A program made the translations under genes and the position numbers. Below are positions 9,804 through 18,596 of a stretch of 64,000 nucleotides of DNA, piece by piece (positions within the stretch are counted from its first letter, which is position 1; every line of letters begins with the position of its first letter). The notes below the pieces were generated by a model. The model saw nothing but the letters and a program-made list of their open reading frames with translations. It was not told the origin of the DNA and did not search any database. Source of the DNA: a bacterium (GTDB taxonomy: Bacteria > UBA8248); the NCBI GenBank assembly GCA_965221165.1, contig CBDCRP010000003.1:1312001-1376000 (forward strand), in the 5' to 3' direction.

Positions 9804-11212
9804 TAGAAGCCTCAATCTTGTCAATCAACGAATGGCGTGAAGACAACGTCTTTTTTCGGCTCGATAGTGAGTATCAGTCCAAGACTCATGTTGTGGCTAT
9901 CGAGTCGCTCAAACAGTTTGGGGCTGTTCAACTCAAAGATGACCAACCCGAGATCATCCATCCGCATGAAATCAAGCGGGAGTATGTCGAAGAGGATGGG
10001 GTTTGGTTCCTTCGAGCCCAGAATGTTAGGCCACTAAGAATTAGCCCAACGAACAAGGTATTGATTTCAAAGGACGACGCTAACAAGCTTACCAAAAACG
10101 TGATTAAAACTAATGACGTGTTGATAACCAGAACAGGCGCTAACCGCGGAGAGTGTGCAATTTTTGATCGAAAAGAGTGCGCCATTGCCTCTTCACATAC
10201 TTTCATCATCCGTCCACAGAAAATTGATCCGAAATTTCTAACTGTTTTTATGAATTGCGTTTATGGAAAAACTCAAATCGACAAAGGTGTTTATGGTGCG
10301 GCGCAGCCTGAAATTGCGCCTTATTACCTTGGTAATATCTGGATTCCGACTGTCAGCGCCTCTTTTGTCATGCGCATTAAGTCTATATTCGATACCTCAA
10401 CGGCAAATAACACTTTGACCGAGACCAAGCAAAAGGAAGCTGAGGAAACGCTGCTTGCTGCTCTTGGGCTGGCGGATTGGACGCCGCCAGAACCTCTCAG
10501 CTATATCGCCCGCGCCAGTAATGCCTGCACCGCTGGGCGGTTAGATGCACAGTATTTCATGCCTGCCAAAGAACAGGTATGCCAGTCTCTCGCTGCGATG
10601 CCAGGAAGCAGCTTGGGCGAGTGCGTTGATTGCATACGTGAAATGTTCGTACCAAACAGTGCTACTAACACGATGAAATTACGAAATTACGATGTGACCG
10701 ATGCGCTTGTACCCATTCTCAACTCTGAGAAACAGCCCTCTTTCGCCGTCGAGATCGGCAGCAACAAGAAAACTTTCAAAGACGGCGACGTTGTGATCTC
10801 CCGTTTACGAGCCTACCTAAAGGAAATCGCCGTTGTGCGAATCAACGATGAGTTCCCCTCGGTCGGCTCATCGGAGTTCATCGTTCTGCGACTGAAAAAA
10901 AGCAAGTCCGATATCTCGCCGGAAACGCTTATGGTATTCCTTCGTTCAATCCCGGTGCAGACCATTCTGAAGTGGTGCCAAGACGGATCACAACACCCGC
11001 GTTTCAGTGAGGGCGACTTGCTGTCTATTACAGTGCCCGATGCCGTAGTCAGAGTCTCCAAAAAGATCACCAAGAGCATTCAAGAAGGTTTCGCCGCTCG
11101 CCACCAAGCCCGCCAGCTTCTCGAAGAAGCTAAGCGCGCTGTTGAGATCGCCATTGAAAACGGAGAAGCCGCCGCAATGACCTTCCTTGACCAAGCCGTA
11201 GGGGCAAGCTGA
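9794..11212 (+). CDS. Restriction-modification specificity (S) subunit with two TRDs
   Basis: Internal repeat FRLDSEY / GRLDAQYF; TRD-type segments (FLRAQNV, DVLITRTG, GAAQPEI; GDVVISRLRAYL, GSSEFIVLR, GSQHPR); helical spacers. Only a TTG start with no clear SD. Confidence 0.85.
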   Translation: MEGLEASILSINEWREDNVFFRLDSEYQSKTHVVAIESLKQFGAVQLKDDQPEIIHPHEIKREYVEEDGVWFLRAQNVRPLRISPTNKVLISKDDANKLTKNVIKTNDVLITRTGANRGECAIFDRKECAIASSHTFIIRPQKIDPKFLTVFMNCVYGKTQIDKGVYGAAQPEIAPYYLGNIWIPTVSASFVMRIKSIFDTSTANNTLTETKQKEAEETLLAALGLADWTPPEPLSYIARASNACTAGRLDAQYFMPAKEQVCQSLAAMPGSSLGECVDCIREMFVPNSATNTMKLRNYDVTDALVPILNSEKQPSFAVEIGSNKKTFKDGDVVISRLRAYLKEIAVVRINDEFPSVGSSEFIVLRLKKSKSDISPETLMVFLRSIPVQTILKWCQDGSQHPRFSEGDLLSITVPDAVVRVSKKITKSIQEGFAARHQARQLLEEAKRAVEIAIENGEAAAMTFLDQAVGAS

Positions 11213-12003
11213 TGACACTTCCTTCTCATGCAGCAGACTGGATGAGCCGGGCCGAGATCGACTATATCGGTCCTTTCCTCAAAGCTTGGGCCGCGTTCAA
11301 CGCATGGTATCGCCACGACTCGGGACAGGCTCAGGAGCGCGACATGCTGGAGCATGTGAAAAACCGGCCTAACGCGGTGCGGCGGAGCATTCTACCTTTG
11401 TTGGATAAAAACAATGAAACCGCTGATGCGCTGAAACTAAAGCAAGCAGTCTACGACCTTCAACAACGCCTCGACGCCATTCATCTTGAGGTAACACACA
11501 AAGGAGTCAATGAACGTATTTCGCTTCGCACAGTTTGCATCCAATCCCAGCCTTTGCAACAGCGGCAGCATGTCCGCTATAGGAACGAGTTCAAAGCAGA
11601 AAGGATTCAGGGTGGAGCAATCGAGATCACAGTCACTTCTCAACAAACACAGCAAGTACGCTTTAAGCACACACAAGAGCAATATGCTCCCAACGAAGTT
11701 TATGCTCTTCCCAGCTTTACCGAGAGCCTCACGGAAGACCAGCGCAACACACTTATTGGGTTCTATGACAGTTGCAACCCGCGTCCTGTGCGCGACCTCG
11801 TTATGGGAGGCGGGCCAGCATTGTCCATAGGGACCATGCAGTTCCATTGCAGCCCGGAGGATCTATTATCTGGGTTGGTAGAAACTATCTATGCGATGCG
11901 AAATGCATTATTTCACGGTGAAGTGGAACCTGAATCGCAAATCTTAGCCTGCTATGAACCAGCTTACCGGATCGTTATGCAGTTCCTCACCTGCATTCAG
12001 TAA
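11212..12003 (+). CDS. HEPN-superfamily-like protein (putative RNase)
   Basis: N-terminal helix FLKAWAAFNAWY and C-terminal RxxxxH motif (YAMRNALFHG); TGATG overlap with the S gene. Confidence 0.65.
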   Translation: MTLPSHAADWMSRAEIDYIGPFLKAWAAFNAWYRHDSGQAQERDMLEHVKNRPNAVRRSILPLLDKNNETADALKLKQAVYDLQQRLDAIHLEVTHKGVNERISLRTVCIQSQPLQQRQHVRYRNEFKAERIQGGAIEITVTSQQTQQVRFKHTQEQYAPNEVYALPSFTESLTEDQRNTLIGFYDSCNPRPVRDLVMGGGPALSIGTMQFHCSPEDLLSGLVETIYAMRNALFHGEVEPESQILACYEPAYRIVMQFLTCIQ

Positions 12004-12066
12004 AAAATGACCCCTCGGGAACGAAAAAGGATACCCACACCACTCCTCCGCCCCGGCGCCACACGC

Positions 12067-12095
12067 TTGACAGGGGGAAAATCCCCCCATATCTT
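12067..12095 (+). promoter_or_regulatory. Sigma-70-type promoter of hrcA, copy 2
   Basis: TTGACA (12067-12072), 17 nt, TATCTT (12090-12095). Confidence 0.85.
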
Positions 12096-12102
12096 GCACA
12101 AA

Positions 12103-12129
12103 TTAGCACTCCATGAGCCGGAGTGCCAC
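12103..12129 (+). promoter_or_regulatory. CIRCE operator, copy 2
   Basis: TTAGCACTC-N9-GAGTGCCAC directly upstream of hrcA, the canonical autoregulatory position. Confidence 0.95.
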
Positions 12130-12173
12130 ACCAAAATACTGCGACGAAGACGCCGCACCGGGAGACTTTCAAA

Positions 12174-13226
12174 ATGGACGCCCTGGAACTTGCCCAGAGA
12201 AACCGGGAAATCCTGCGCGCCATCATCAACATTTTCGTGGATACGGGCGAACCCGTGGGGAGCCGCACGCTCTCGAAGTATTCGGACCTAGCCTTGAGCC
12301 CCGCCACCATCCGCAACATCATGAGCGACCTGGCCGACGCGGGCTTTCTCACCAAGCCCCACATCTCCTCCGGCAGGCTCCCCACCGACCTGGGGTATCG
12401 CGTTTTCGTCGACGATCTGATGGATTCCCATACCCTCACGAGCGAGGAGCAGGAATCCATGCGCCTCGGCGCTTCCGCGCAAGCCGCTCAAATCGAACAG
12501 GTGCTCGCGCAGGCCACGCGCATACTCTCCGAACTCACCAACACGGCGGGGCTCGTGCTCCTGCCCGCAGGGGAGCAACTCCACTTCAAGCACATCAACT
12601 TCGTCAAGATGTCGGAAGAAAAAACCCTGGCCGTCATCGTCTCCATGAGCGGAGTGGTGCAAAACCGCGTCATCCCGACCGATACTCCCATCAGCCAGGA
12701 TGAGATGAACAGGGTTTCCAACCTGCTGAACGAGGAGTTCAGCGGTCTCGCCTTAAGAGAGGTGCGCGGGAAGATAATCCAGAAAATGACCCATGCGCGC
12801 GACAACCTCGATACCCTCTACCAGCAGGCTCTCAAGCTCAGCAAAGAGGCGCTCTCAGAAAGCGAAGCCGCGCAGGAATCCGTTTTCGTGGAGGGGGCGT
12901 CACGCGTGTTCTCACAACCCGATTTCGCCACCAACGCCGAGAAGCTCCAGACTCTCTACCGCACGTTCGAGGAGAGGGAGAAGCTCGTCCGCCTGCTGGA
13001 CAAATGCCTCGAATCCTCGGACATCACCATTCTCATCGGTTCCGAGAACGATTTCGAGGAGATGAAGGATTGCAGCGTCGTCGCCCAGCGCTACTACATG
13101 GACGACCGCCCGCTGGGCAGCATCGGCATCATCGGGCCCAAGCGCATGCGCTACGATCGCGCCGTGTCGCTGGTGGAATGGACGGCGGATTCGGTATCGA
13201 AATTCCTCTCCTCCGGAAAGCGTTAG
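12174..13226 (+). CDS. hrcA: Heat-inducible transcription repressor HrcA
   Basis: TGEPVGSRTL, SPATIRNIMSDL, PHISSGRLPTDLGYR, GIIGPKRMRY; GGAG before ATG 12174. Confidence 0.97.
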   Translation: MDALELAQRNREILRAIINIFVDTGEPVGSRTLSKYSDLALSPATIRNIMSDLADAGFLTKPHISSGRLPTDLGYRVFVDDLMDSHTLTSEEQESMRLGASAQAAQIEQVLAQATRILSELTNTAGLVLLPAGEQLHFKHINFVKMSEEKTLAVIVSMSGVVQNRVIPTDTPISQDEMNRVSNLLNEEFSGLALREVRGKIIQKMTHARDNLDTLYQQALKLSKEALSESEAAQESVFVEGASRVFSQPDFATNAEKLQTLYRTFEEREKLVRLLDKCLESSDITILIGSENDFEEMKDCSVVAQRYYMDDRPLGSIGIIGPKRMRYDRAVSLVEWTADSVSKFLSSGKR

Positions 13227-13275
13227 GCAAAAAAGCGCTTTCATCCCCATATCCCCCGGCGGAGGTCATGATTCC

Positions 13276-14355
13276 TTGAACATCGCCGACGCCCTCAAAA
13301 TCCTGGGTCTGGAGAAAAGCGCCTCCACATCCCAACTCAAGAGCGCCTACAAAAAACTGGCACTGGAATTCCATCCGGACAGAAACCCGGACGACCCCGA
13401 GGCGGAAAGGCGCTTCAAACAGATAATCATCGCGCATGAAATCCTGAAAGACCCGAAACGCCCAGACCCCCACGGAACACCCCGTGCGAAGAAATCCACT
13501 CAGCCCCGAAACGGGTACGAGGAAAAATGGGAGGATATTTTCTCCCACATTTTCCGAAACGCGCGCGAATCGGGCGATGCGGAAAAAAGCGCACCCCAGG
13601 ACCTGCACGCCCAAATCGAGGTGACGCTCGAGGACCTCCTGGGAGACACCACAAAGGAAATTCCCGTCTCGCGCCGGATGCGCTGCGCTTCATGCGGGGG
13701 GCGCGGCGCCGATCCCCATACCCGAATGAGCGCCTGCCCCGCGTGCAAGGGCGCGGGCGAGGTTCGCTACCGTCAAGGACTCGCGGAGTTGCGCATCCCC
13801 TGTTCGGCCTGTGCGGGGAGCGGCGAATACACGGGCGAGGCGTGCGGGGCCTGCGGGGGAGAGGGCCGCACGGCCGGGCGAGATACCGTGAAGGTGGCGA
13901 TTCCCGCCGCGGCCCAAGAAGGCGCGCAAATCAAAATCAAGGGCAAGGGCGATGAGGGCGCGGACGAGGCGGGAGACCTCATCGTCACGGTGCGCGCAAA
14001 ACCCCACCCGATATTCGAGAGAGAGGGCAACCACATCCTCTTCGACCTGCCGGTGAGTTTTTCTCAAGCCGCCCTCGGCCACGAAGCCCTCGTGCCCACG
14101 CTTAAGGAAGCCCGGAAAATCAAGATTCCCGCCGGAACCCAATCGGGCCGGGTGTTTCGCTTGAAGGGAGAGGGATTATCGCCTGCGGGAGGGCGGAACA
14201 CGGGCGATCTGCGCGTCCGCGTGATCATCGAAACGCCCACCAAGCTCAACCAGCGTCAGCGGGAAATTTTAGCCGAGTTTCAAAGAATTTCCTCGCCCTC
14301 CACGCATCCGCGAACCCGGAAATTTCTGGAGAAAATGAAATCCCGTCTCGAATGA
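13276..14355 (+). CDS. dnaJ: DnaJ-family co-chaperone
   Basis: J-domain with HPD, four CxxCxGxG repeats, C-terminal GTQSG and GDL motifs; no obvious G/F-rich linker. Confidence 0.88.
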   Translation: MNIADALKILGLEKSASTSQLKSAYKKLALEFHPDRNPDDPEAERRFKQIIIAHEILKDPKRPDPHGTPRAKKSTQPRNGYEEKWEDIFSHIFRNARESGDAEKSAPQDLHAQIEVTLEDLLGDTTKEIPVSRRMRCASCGGRGADPHTRMSACPACKGAGEVRYRQGLAELRIPCSACAGSGEYTGEACGACGGEGRTAGRDTVKVAIPAAAQEGAQIKIKGKGDEGADEAGDLIVTVRAKPHPIFEREGNHILFDLPVSFSQAALGHEALVPTLKEARKIKIPAGTQSGRVFRLKGEGLSPAGGRNTGDLRVRVIIETPTKLNQRQREILAEFQRISSPSTHPRTRKFLEKMKSRLE

Positions 14356-14472
14356 CATGGCCCGGCCCGCCTTGTTGCGCCCGAAATTTCTTGCTACATA
14401 TCTCTTCCGGAAAACAAAATTCACCAGCCTGTCCGATATATCCACGAAAATCAGACATAGGAGCATTACACA

Positions 14473-15558
14473 TTGTCGAATCAAGCCCTCATCGACGAGT
14501 TCATCGAGAAGACGCAAAAACTGAACGGCCGGCCCGTGCGCGAGCGCGAGGCGTGGAACAACGAGGCGAGCGCCGACGCCATCCGCCATTTCGCATACGG
14601 CATCGACGACGACAACCCGCTTTGGCTGGACGCCGGATACGCAGCCGGCACCGCCTACGATAACGTCATGGCGCCACCCGCGTTTCTGGTGTCTGTCCTC
14701 TACCCGATTCTGCACGGAGCGCCCATGGAGGTTCCGCTCTCCTCCCTCATCGGGGGCGTGGAGTTCGAATGGGAAAAACCCATACCGCTCGGAGCCAAGC
14801 TCCGCGCGGAGTCCATCCAGAAAGATTCCTTCGTCAAGACGAACAAGGCGGGCCGACAACTTATCTTCATCATCTCCGAGTGCACCTACTGGAACGAGGA
14901 GGATGAGGTCGTCGCCAGGGGCACCGGCACGATGATAAGGACCCTCCAGGAGGGAAACGCGCTCCTCTACGAGAGGCCGATCAAGCAATACGGCGAGGCG
15001 GAGTTCCAGGAAATTGAACACGCCTACGAGGCCGAGGAGAGAAAAGGCGGCGAGAAGCGCCGCTTCGCGGAAGTATCCGTCGGGGATGAACTCCCGCCCA
15101 TGCTTCGCGGCCCCCTCACCATCGGCGACATGGTGGCCTGGAACGCGGGCAACGGCCCATCCTACAAGGCGGGAAGACGCGGCTATCTGGACCTCAAAAA
15201 AGCGCCGCACAACGCCGTCCTCATCCCCCAGATCGGCATCAAGGTGAAAAACTCCCAGCAACACGAGGACTTCAACCTCGCCTCGGGGCGCGGGATGCCG
15301 GGTCCGTTCGACAACGGCGTCATGCGCTTCGCCTGGGTGAGCCCCTTCATCACCAACTGGATGGGGGACGATGCCTTTCTCAAGAACCTCTACGTCCAGG
15401 TGCGCCGCCCCATGATCTATGGCGACACCATCCGGCACACGGGCAAGGTGGTCGAGAAAAACGAGGCCGACGGCACCGTGAAGGTGGAAATTACCGGAAC
15501 GAACCAGGAAGGCGAACTGGCGACGGCGGGCTCGGCCGTGGTTCGGCTGCCGGAATAA
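14473..15558 (+). CDS. Double-hotdog MaoC-like dehydratase
   Basis: AIRHFAYGIDDDNPLW and APPAF in the N-terminal half; second hotdog domain with GDELPP and YGDT. Confidence 0.8.
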   Translation: MSNQALIDEFIEKTQKLNGRPVREREAWNNEASADAIRHFAYGIDDDNPLWLDAGYAAGTAYDNVMAPPAFLVSVLYPILHGAPMEVPLSSLIGGVEFEWEKPIPLGAKLRAESIQKDSFVKTNKAGRQLIFIISECTYWNEEDEVVARGTGTMIRTLQEGNALLYERPIKQYGEAEFQEIEHAYEAEERKGGEKRRFAEVSVGDELPPMLRGPLTIGDMVAWNAGNGPSYKAGRRGYLDLKKAPHNAVLIPQIGIKVKNSQQHEDFNLASGRGMPGPFDNGVMRFAWVSPFITNWMGDDAFLKNLYVQVRRPMIYGDTIRHTGKVVEKNEADGTVKVEITGTNQEGELATAGSAVVRLPE

Positions 15559-15571
15559 AACGCGAGAGCCT

Positions 15572-16450
15572 GTGAAGAAAAAATGGCTCGAACTCATGGT
15601 TCAGGTTCGTGACGATCTGGCCGAGGAGGCATCCGCCCGCATATTGGACGCAGGCGCATCTGCCGTCGAGCAGCGAGACGGCGCGGGGGAAGCATCGCTC
15701 CTCATCACGCACATCGCCCTTGAAGACGGTGCGACGGCGAAACTCCGCACGATAGAAGCCCTCCTCACCGGCCTGGGCGTTGCGAAGAGCGCCATCACAC
15801 TCAAAAACATCGAGGATCAGGACTGGATCGCCCAGTCACGGGGTCATTTCAAGGGCGAAGCCTATGGGGAGAAACTCTGGGTGAGGCCGCCCTGGGATGA
15901 AAACGAGACGCCGGGCGGGCGCATCGAACTGATCCTGGAGCCGGGCCTCGCCTTCGGCACGAGCAGGCATCCCTCCACGCGCCTGGCCCTGCTCGCCGTT
16001 GAAAACGAATGCGCCAGAAAACCTCCCGAACGCATGGTGGACTTAGGGTGTGGTTCGGGCATCCTGGGCGTCGCCGCCCTTCTCTATGGCGCAAGGCAGG
16101 TGGCGGCGTTCGACCTGGACCCGAAGGCCGTGGAGGAGACCATGGCGCTTGCGCAAAGAAACGGGGTAGGAGATTGCATGACGACGCGCAACACGACACT
16201 TGCGGCAGGCGCGCTCGAAGACTGGTGGGGCCTCGTTGATTTCGTCGCGGCGAACATCTTCCTGGGCGCTCTCAGAGAACTCGCGCCGCTCATTCACGGG
16301 GCGCTCGCTCCCGGGGGCCGGGCCGTTCTCTCAGGGATAGGCTACGAGCAGGCGGACGCTCTCGCCCGCATCTACAGAGAGGCCGGCTTCACGCTCGAGA
16401 AGACGAGCCGAATCGAGGAGTGGGCGAGCATCGAGGTTTCAAAACCATGA
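15572..16450 (+). CDS. prmA: Ribosomal protein L11 methyltransferase
   Basis: EPGLAFGTSRHPST, DLGCGSGIL, ANI, LSGI; dnaJ-prmA-rsmE synteny. Confidence 0.93.
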   Translation: MKKKWLELMVQVRDDLAEEASARILDAGASAVEQRDGAGEASLLITHIALEDGATAKLRTIEALLTGLGVAKSAITLKNIEDQDWIAQSRGHFKGEAYGEKLWVRPPWDENETPGGRIELILEPGLAFGTSRHPSTRLALLAVENECARKPPERMVDLGCGSGILGVAALLYGARQVAAFDLDPKAVEETMALAQRNGVGDCMTTRNTTLAAGALEDWWGLVDFVAANIFLGALRELAPLIHGALAPGGRAVLSGIGYEQADALARIYREAGFTLEKTSRIEEWASIEVSKP

Positions 16451-17217
16451 CGCGCGACGGACTGCGGCTTTTCTACGTCGAGCCCGAAGCGGTTCAGGGC
16501 GAGCGAATCGTCCTGGGGACGGAGGAATCCGCGCACATCCGCCGCGTCCTCAAGATGAAGGCGGGCGCGATTTGCCGCGTGGCCACCGAGGATGGGCGTG
16601 AATACAAGGTGGAGCTGACGGAAATCGACGCCGATGAAAGCACCGCCCAAATCATCGAGCGCCTGCCCGAAAGACCGCCCTCCCCCATGTCGATATCCTT
16701 AGGACTTCCCCTGCTCAAAGGGGAGCGGTTCGAGTGGGTCCTCCAGAAAGCTTGCGAACTGGGTGTCGATACGTTTTATCCGCTTGCGCTCGATAGGTGC
16801 GAAGTCAGGATTCAGGAGAAAAGGAGCGCCGAGCGCCACAGACGCTGGCGGCGAATCGTACTGGAAGCCGCCAAGCAGTGCGACCGCGTGCCCCCGCCTG
16901 TTGCGCATCCACTCGGCGACCTCAAGGGTTTTCTCGCCGAAACGAAGGATTTTGATCTCAAAATCATGGGGTATCTGGGAGAAGAAGCAATTTCCGCCAA
17001 ACAAGCGCTATCGCGAGTGCGCCGGGATACGACCGCCGCGCCGCTTCGCGTCGCCCTCCTGACCGGTCCCGAGGGAGACCTCACGAACGAGGAATCAGGA
17101 GGAGCGATGGATTGCGGTTTCCTGCCGGTATCCCTGGGCCCCAGAATCCTGCGCGCAGACACGGCTCCCGTCTCGCTCGTCACCATCGTGCAACACGCCC
17201 TGGGGGATATGGGTTGA
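16447..17217 (+). CDS. rsmE: 16S rRNA m3U1498 methyltransferase
   Basis: HIRRVLK, KACELGV, EAAKQC, GPEGDL, LGPRILRADTA; ATGA overlap with prmA. Confidence 0.95.
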   Translation: MTRDGLRLFYVEPEAVQGERIVLGTEESAHIRRVLKMKAGAICRVATEDGREYKVELTEIDADESTAQIIERLPERPPSPMSISLGLPLLKGERFEWVLQKACELGVDTFYPLALDRCEVRIQEKRSAERHRRWRRIVLEAAKQCDRVPPPVAHPLGDLKGFLAETKDFDLKIMGYLGEEAISAKQALSRVRRDTTAAPLRVALLTGPEGDLTNEESGGAMDCGFLPVSLGPRILRADTAPVSLVTIVQHALGDMG

Positions 17218-17233
17218 TATGTCCCCCTATTGT

Positions 17234-17262
17234 TTGACACCTTTTTCGCGCCGCTCTACTTT
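17234..17262 (+). promoter_or_regulatory. Probable sigma-70 promoter of purD
   Basis: TTGACA-17 nt-TACTTT upstream of purD. Confidence 0.55.
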
Positions 17263-17294
17263 GTGGTCTTCACCATTTTAAGTAGGAATATCCG

Positions 17295-18575
17295 ATGAAG
17301 GTCATCATTGTCGGCGGGGGCGGTCGCGAGCACGCCCTGGCCTGGAAACTGAACCAAAGCCCGGATGTGGATGAGGTCCTCTGCGCACCCGGAAACGCGG
17401 GCACGGCGCGGGTCGGGCGAAACGTTGCCGCAGGTGCTGAGGACATCGAGGGTCTCCTCTCGCTGGCGAAAGAGGAAAAGCCGGGCCTGGTGGTCGTCGG
17501 CCCCGAGGCCCCTCTCGCCTTGGGGCTCGTGGATGAACTGGAAGCGCTCGGGATTCGGGCGTTCGGCCCATCGGCCGAGGCCGCCCGCATCGAGGCGAGC
17601 AAGGCGTTTTCAAAAGCCTTGATGGACGAGGCGGGAATCCCCACCGCCGCCTACGGTGTTTTCGAGGAAGCGGGAGCGGCCAGGGATTTCGTCTCAAAAC
17701 GCGGCGGCGCATGGGCGGTGAAGGCCGATGGCCTGGCCGCAGGCAAGGGCGTGCTCCTGTGTCCGGACGTATCGAGCGCGCACGAGGCCATATCCCAAAT
17801 CATGGAAAAAAGAGCGTTCGGAGAAGCGGGCGCCACGTGCGTGGTGGAGGAATTTTTAGAAGGCGAGGAGGCGAGCTTTCTCGCGTTCGCAGACGGGGAA
17901 ACCGCGCTCCCCATGGCCTCGGCCCAGGATCACAAGGCCATCGGCGAGAACGATACCGGCCCCAACACGGGCGGCATGGGCGCGTACTCCCCCGCACCCG
18001 TACTCTCCGGCGCGCTCGAACAAAAAGCGCTCGAAACCGTCATCAAACCCGCCATCCGCACCATGGCGAGGCGAGGAACGCCTTACCGGGGCGTTCTCTA
18101 CGCCGGCCTCATGGTGCAGGGTGATGAACTGAAAGTCCTGGAATTCAACTGCCGCTTCGGCGACCCCGAATGCCAGCCGCTGCTCACCCGCATGGAGGGG
18201 GATTTGCTGCCCGTCCTCATGGCGTGCGTGGAGGGACGACTGCACGAGACGACCATCCGCTACTCGAAAGACGCGGCGGTCTGCGTCGTCATGGCGGCGG
18301 GCGGCTACCCGGACGCCTACCGGAAGGGTGACCCGATTCACGGAATCGAGGACGCCGACTCCCTGCCCGGCGTTCACGTTTTTCATGCGGGAACGAGCCT
18401 GAGCGATTCCGGCGAGGTCGTAACCGCCGGTGGCCGCGTGCTCGGCGTCACCGCGCGCGGGATCGACATCCGCGCAGCGGTTGCGCGCGCATACGAGGCG
18501 AGCGAGCTGATTTATTGGAAAGATGCGTATTTCAGAAAAGACATCGGCGCCAAGGCGTTGAGACGTCTGGGCTGA
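17295..18575 (+). CDS. purD: Phosphoribosylamine-glycine ligase
   Basis: GGGGREHAL, KADGLAAGKGV, GPNTGGMGAYSP, EFNCRFGDPE. Confidence 0.97.
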   Translation: MKVIIVGGGGREHALAWKLNQSPDVDEVLCAPGNAGTARVGRNVAAGAEDIEGLLSLAKEEKPGLVVVGPEAPLALGLVDELEALGIRAFGPSAEAARIEASKAFSKALMDEAGIPTAAYGVFEEAGAARDFVSKRGGAWAVKADGLAAGKGVLLCPDVSSAHEAISQIMEKRAFGEAGATCVVEEFLEGEEASFLAFADGETALPMASAQDHKAIGENDTGPNTGGMGAYSPAPVLSGALEQKALETVIKPAIRTMARRGTPYRGVLYAGLMVQGDELKVLEFNCRFGDPECQPLLTRMEGDLLPVLMACVEGRLHETTIRYSKDAAVCVVMAAGGYPDAYRKGDPIHGIEDADSLPGVHVFHAGTSLSDSGEVVTAGGRVLGVTARGIDIRAAVARAYEASELIYWKDAYFRKDIGAKALRRLG

Positions 18576-18596
18576 CCCCGTGACTCCCGGTTCAGA

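Larger units (their letters stand above)
7603..12135 (+). mobile_element. Accessory defence island bounded by 97-bp direct repeats; no integrase or transposase
   Basis: Visibly lower GC and different codon usage than the flanks; repeats at 7603-7699 and 12039-12135; contains RM, S and HEPN-like genes. Confidence 0.75.
12039..12135 (+). repeat. Direct repeat copy 2 (promoter + CIRCE)
   Basis: Matches 7603-7699. Confidence 0.97.

Noticed and set aside
7749-11212. Classical Type I RM system (hsdRMS)
   Set aside because: There is no helicase/translocase HsdR; the nuclease is fused to the methyltransferase, as in Type IIB/IIG enzymes.
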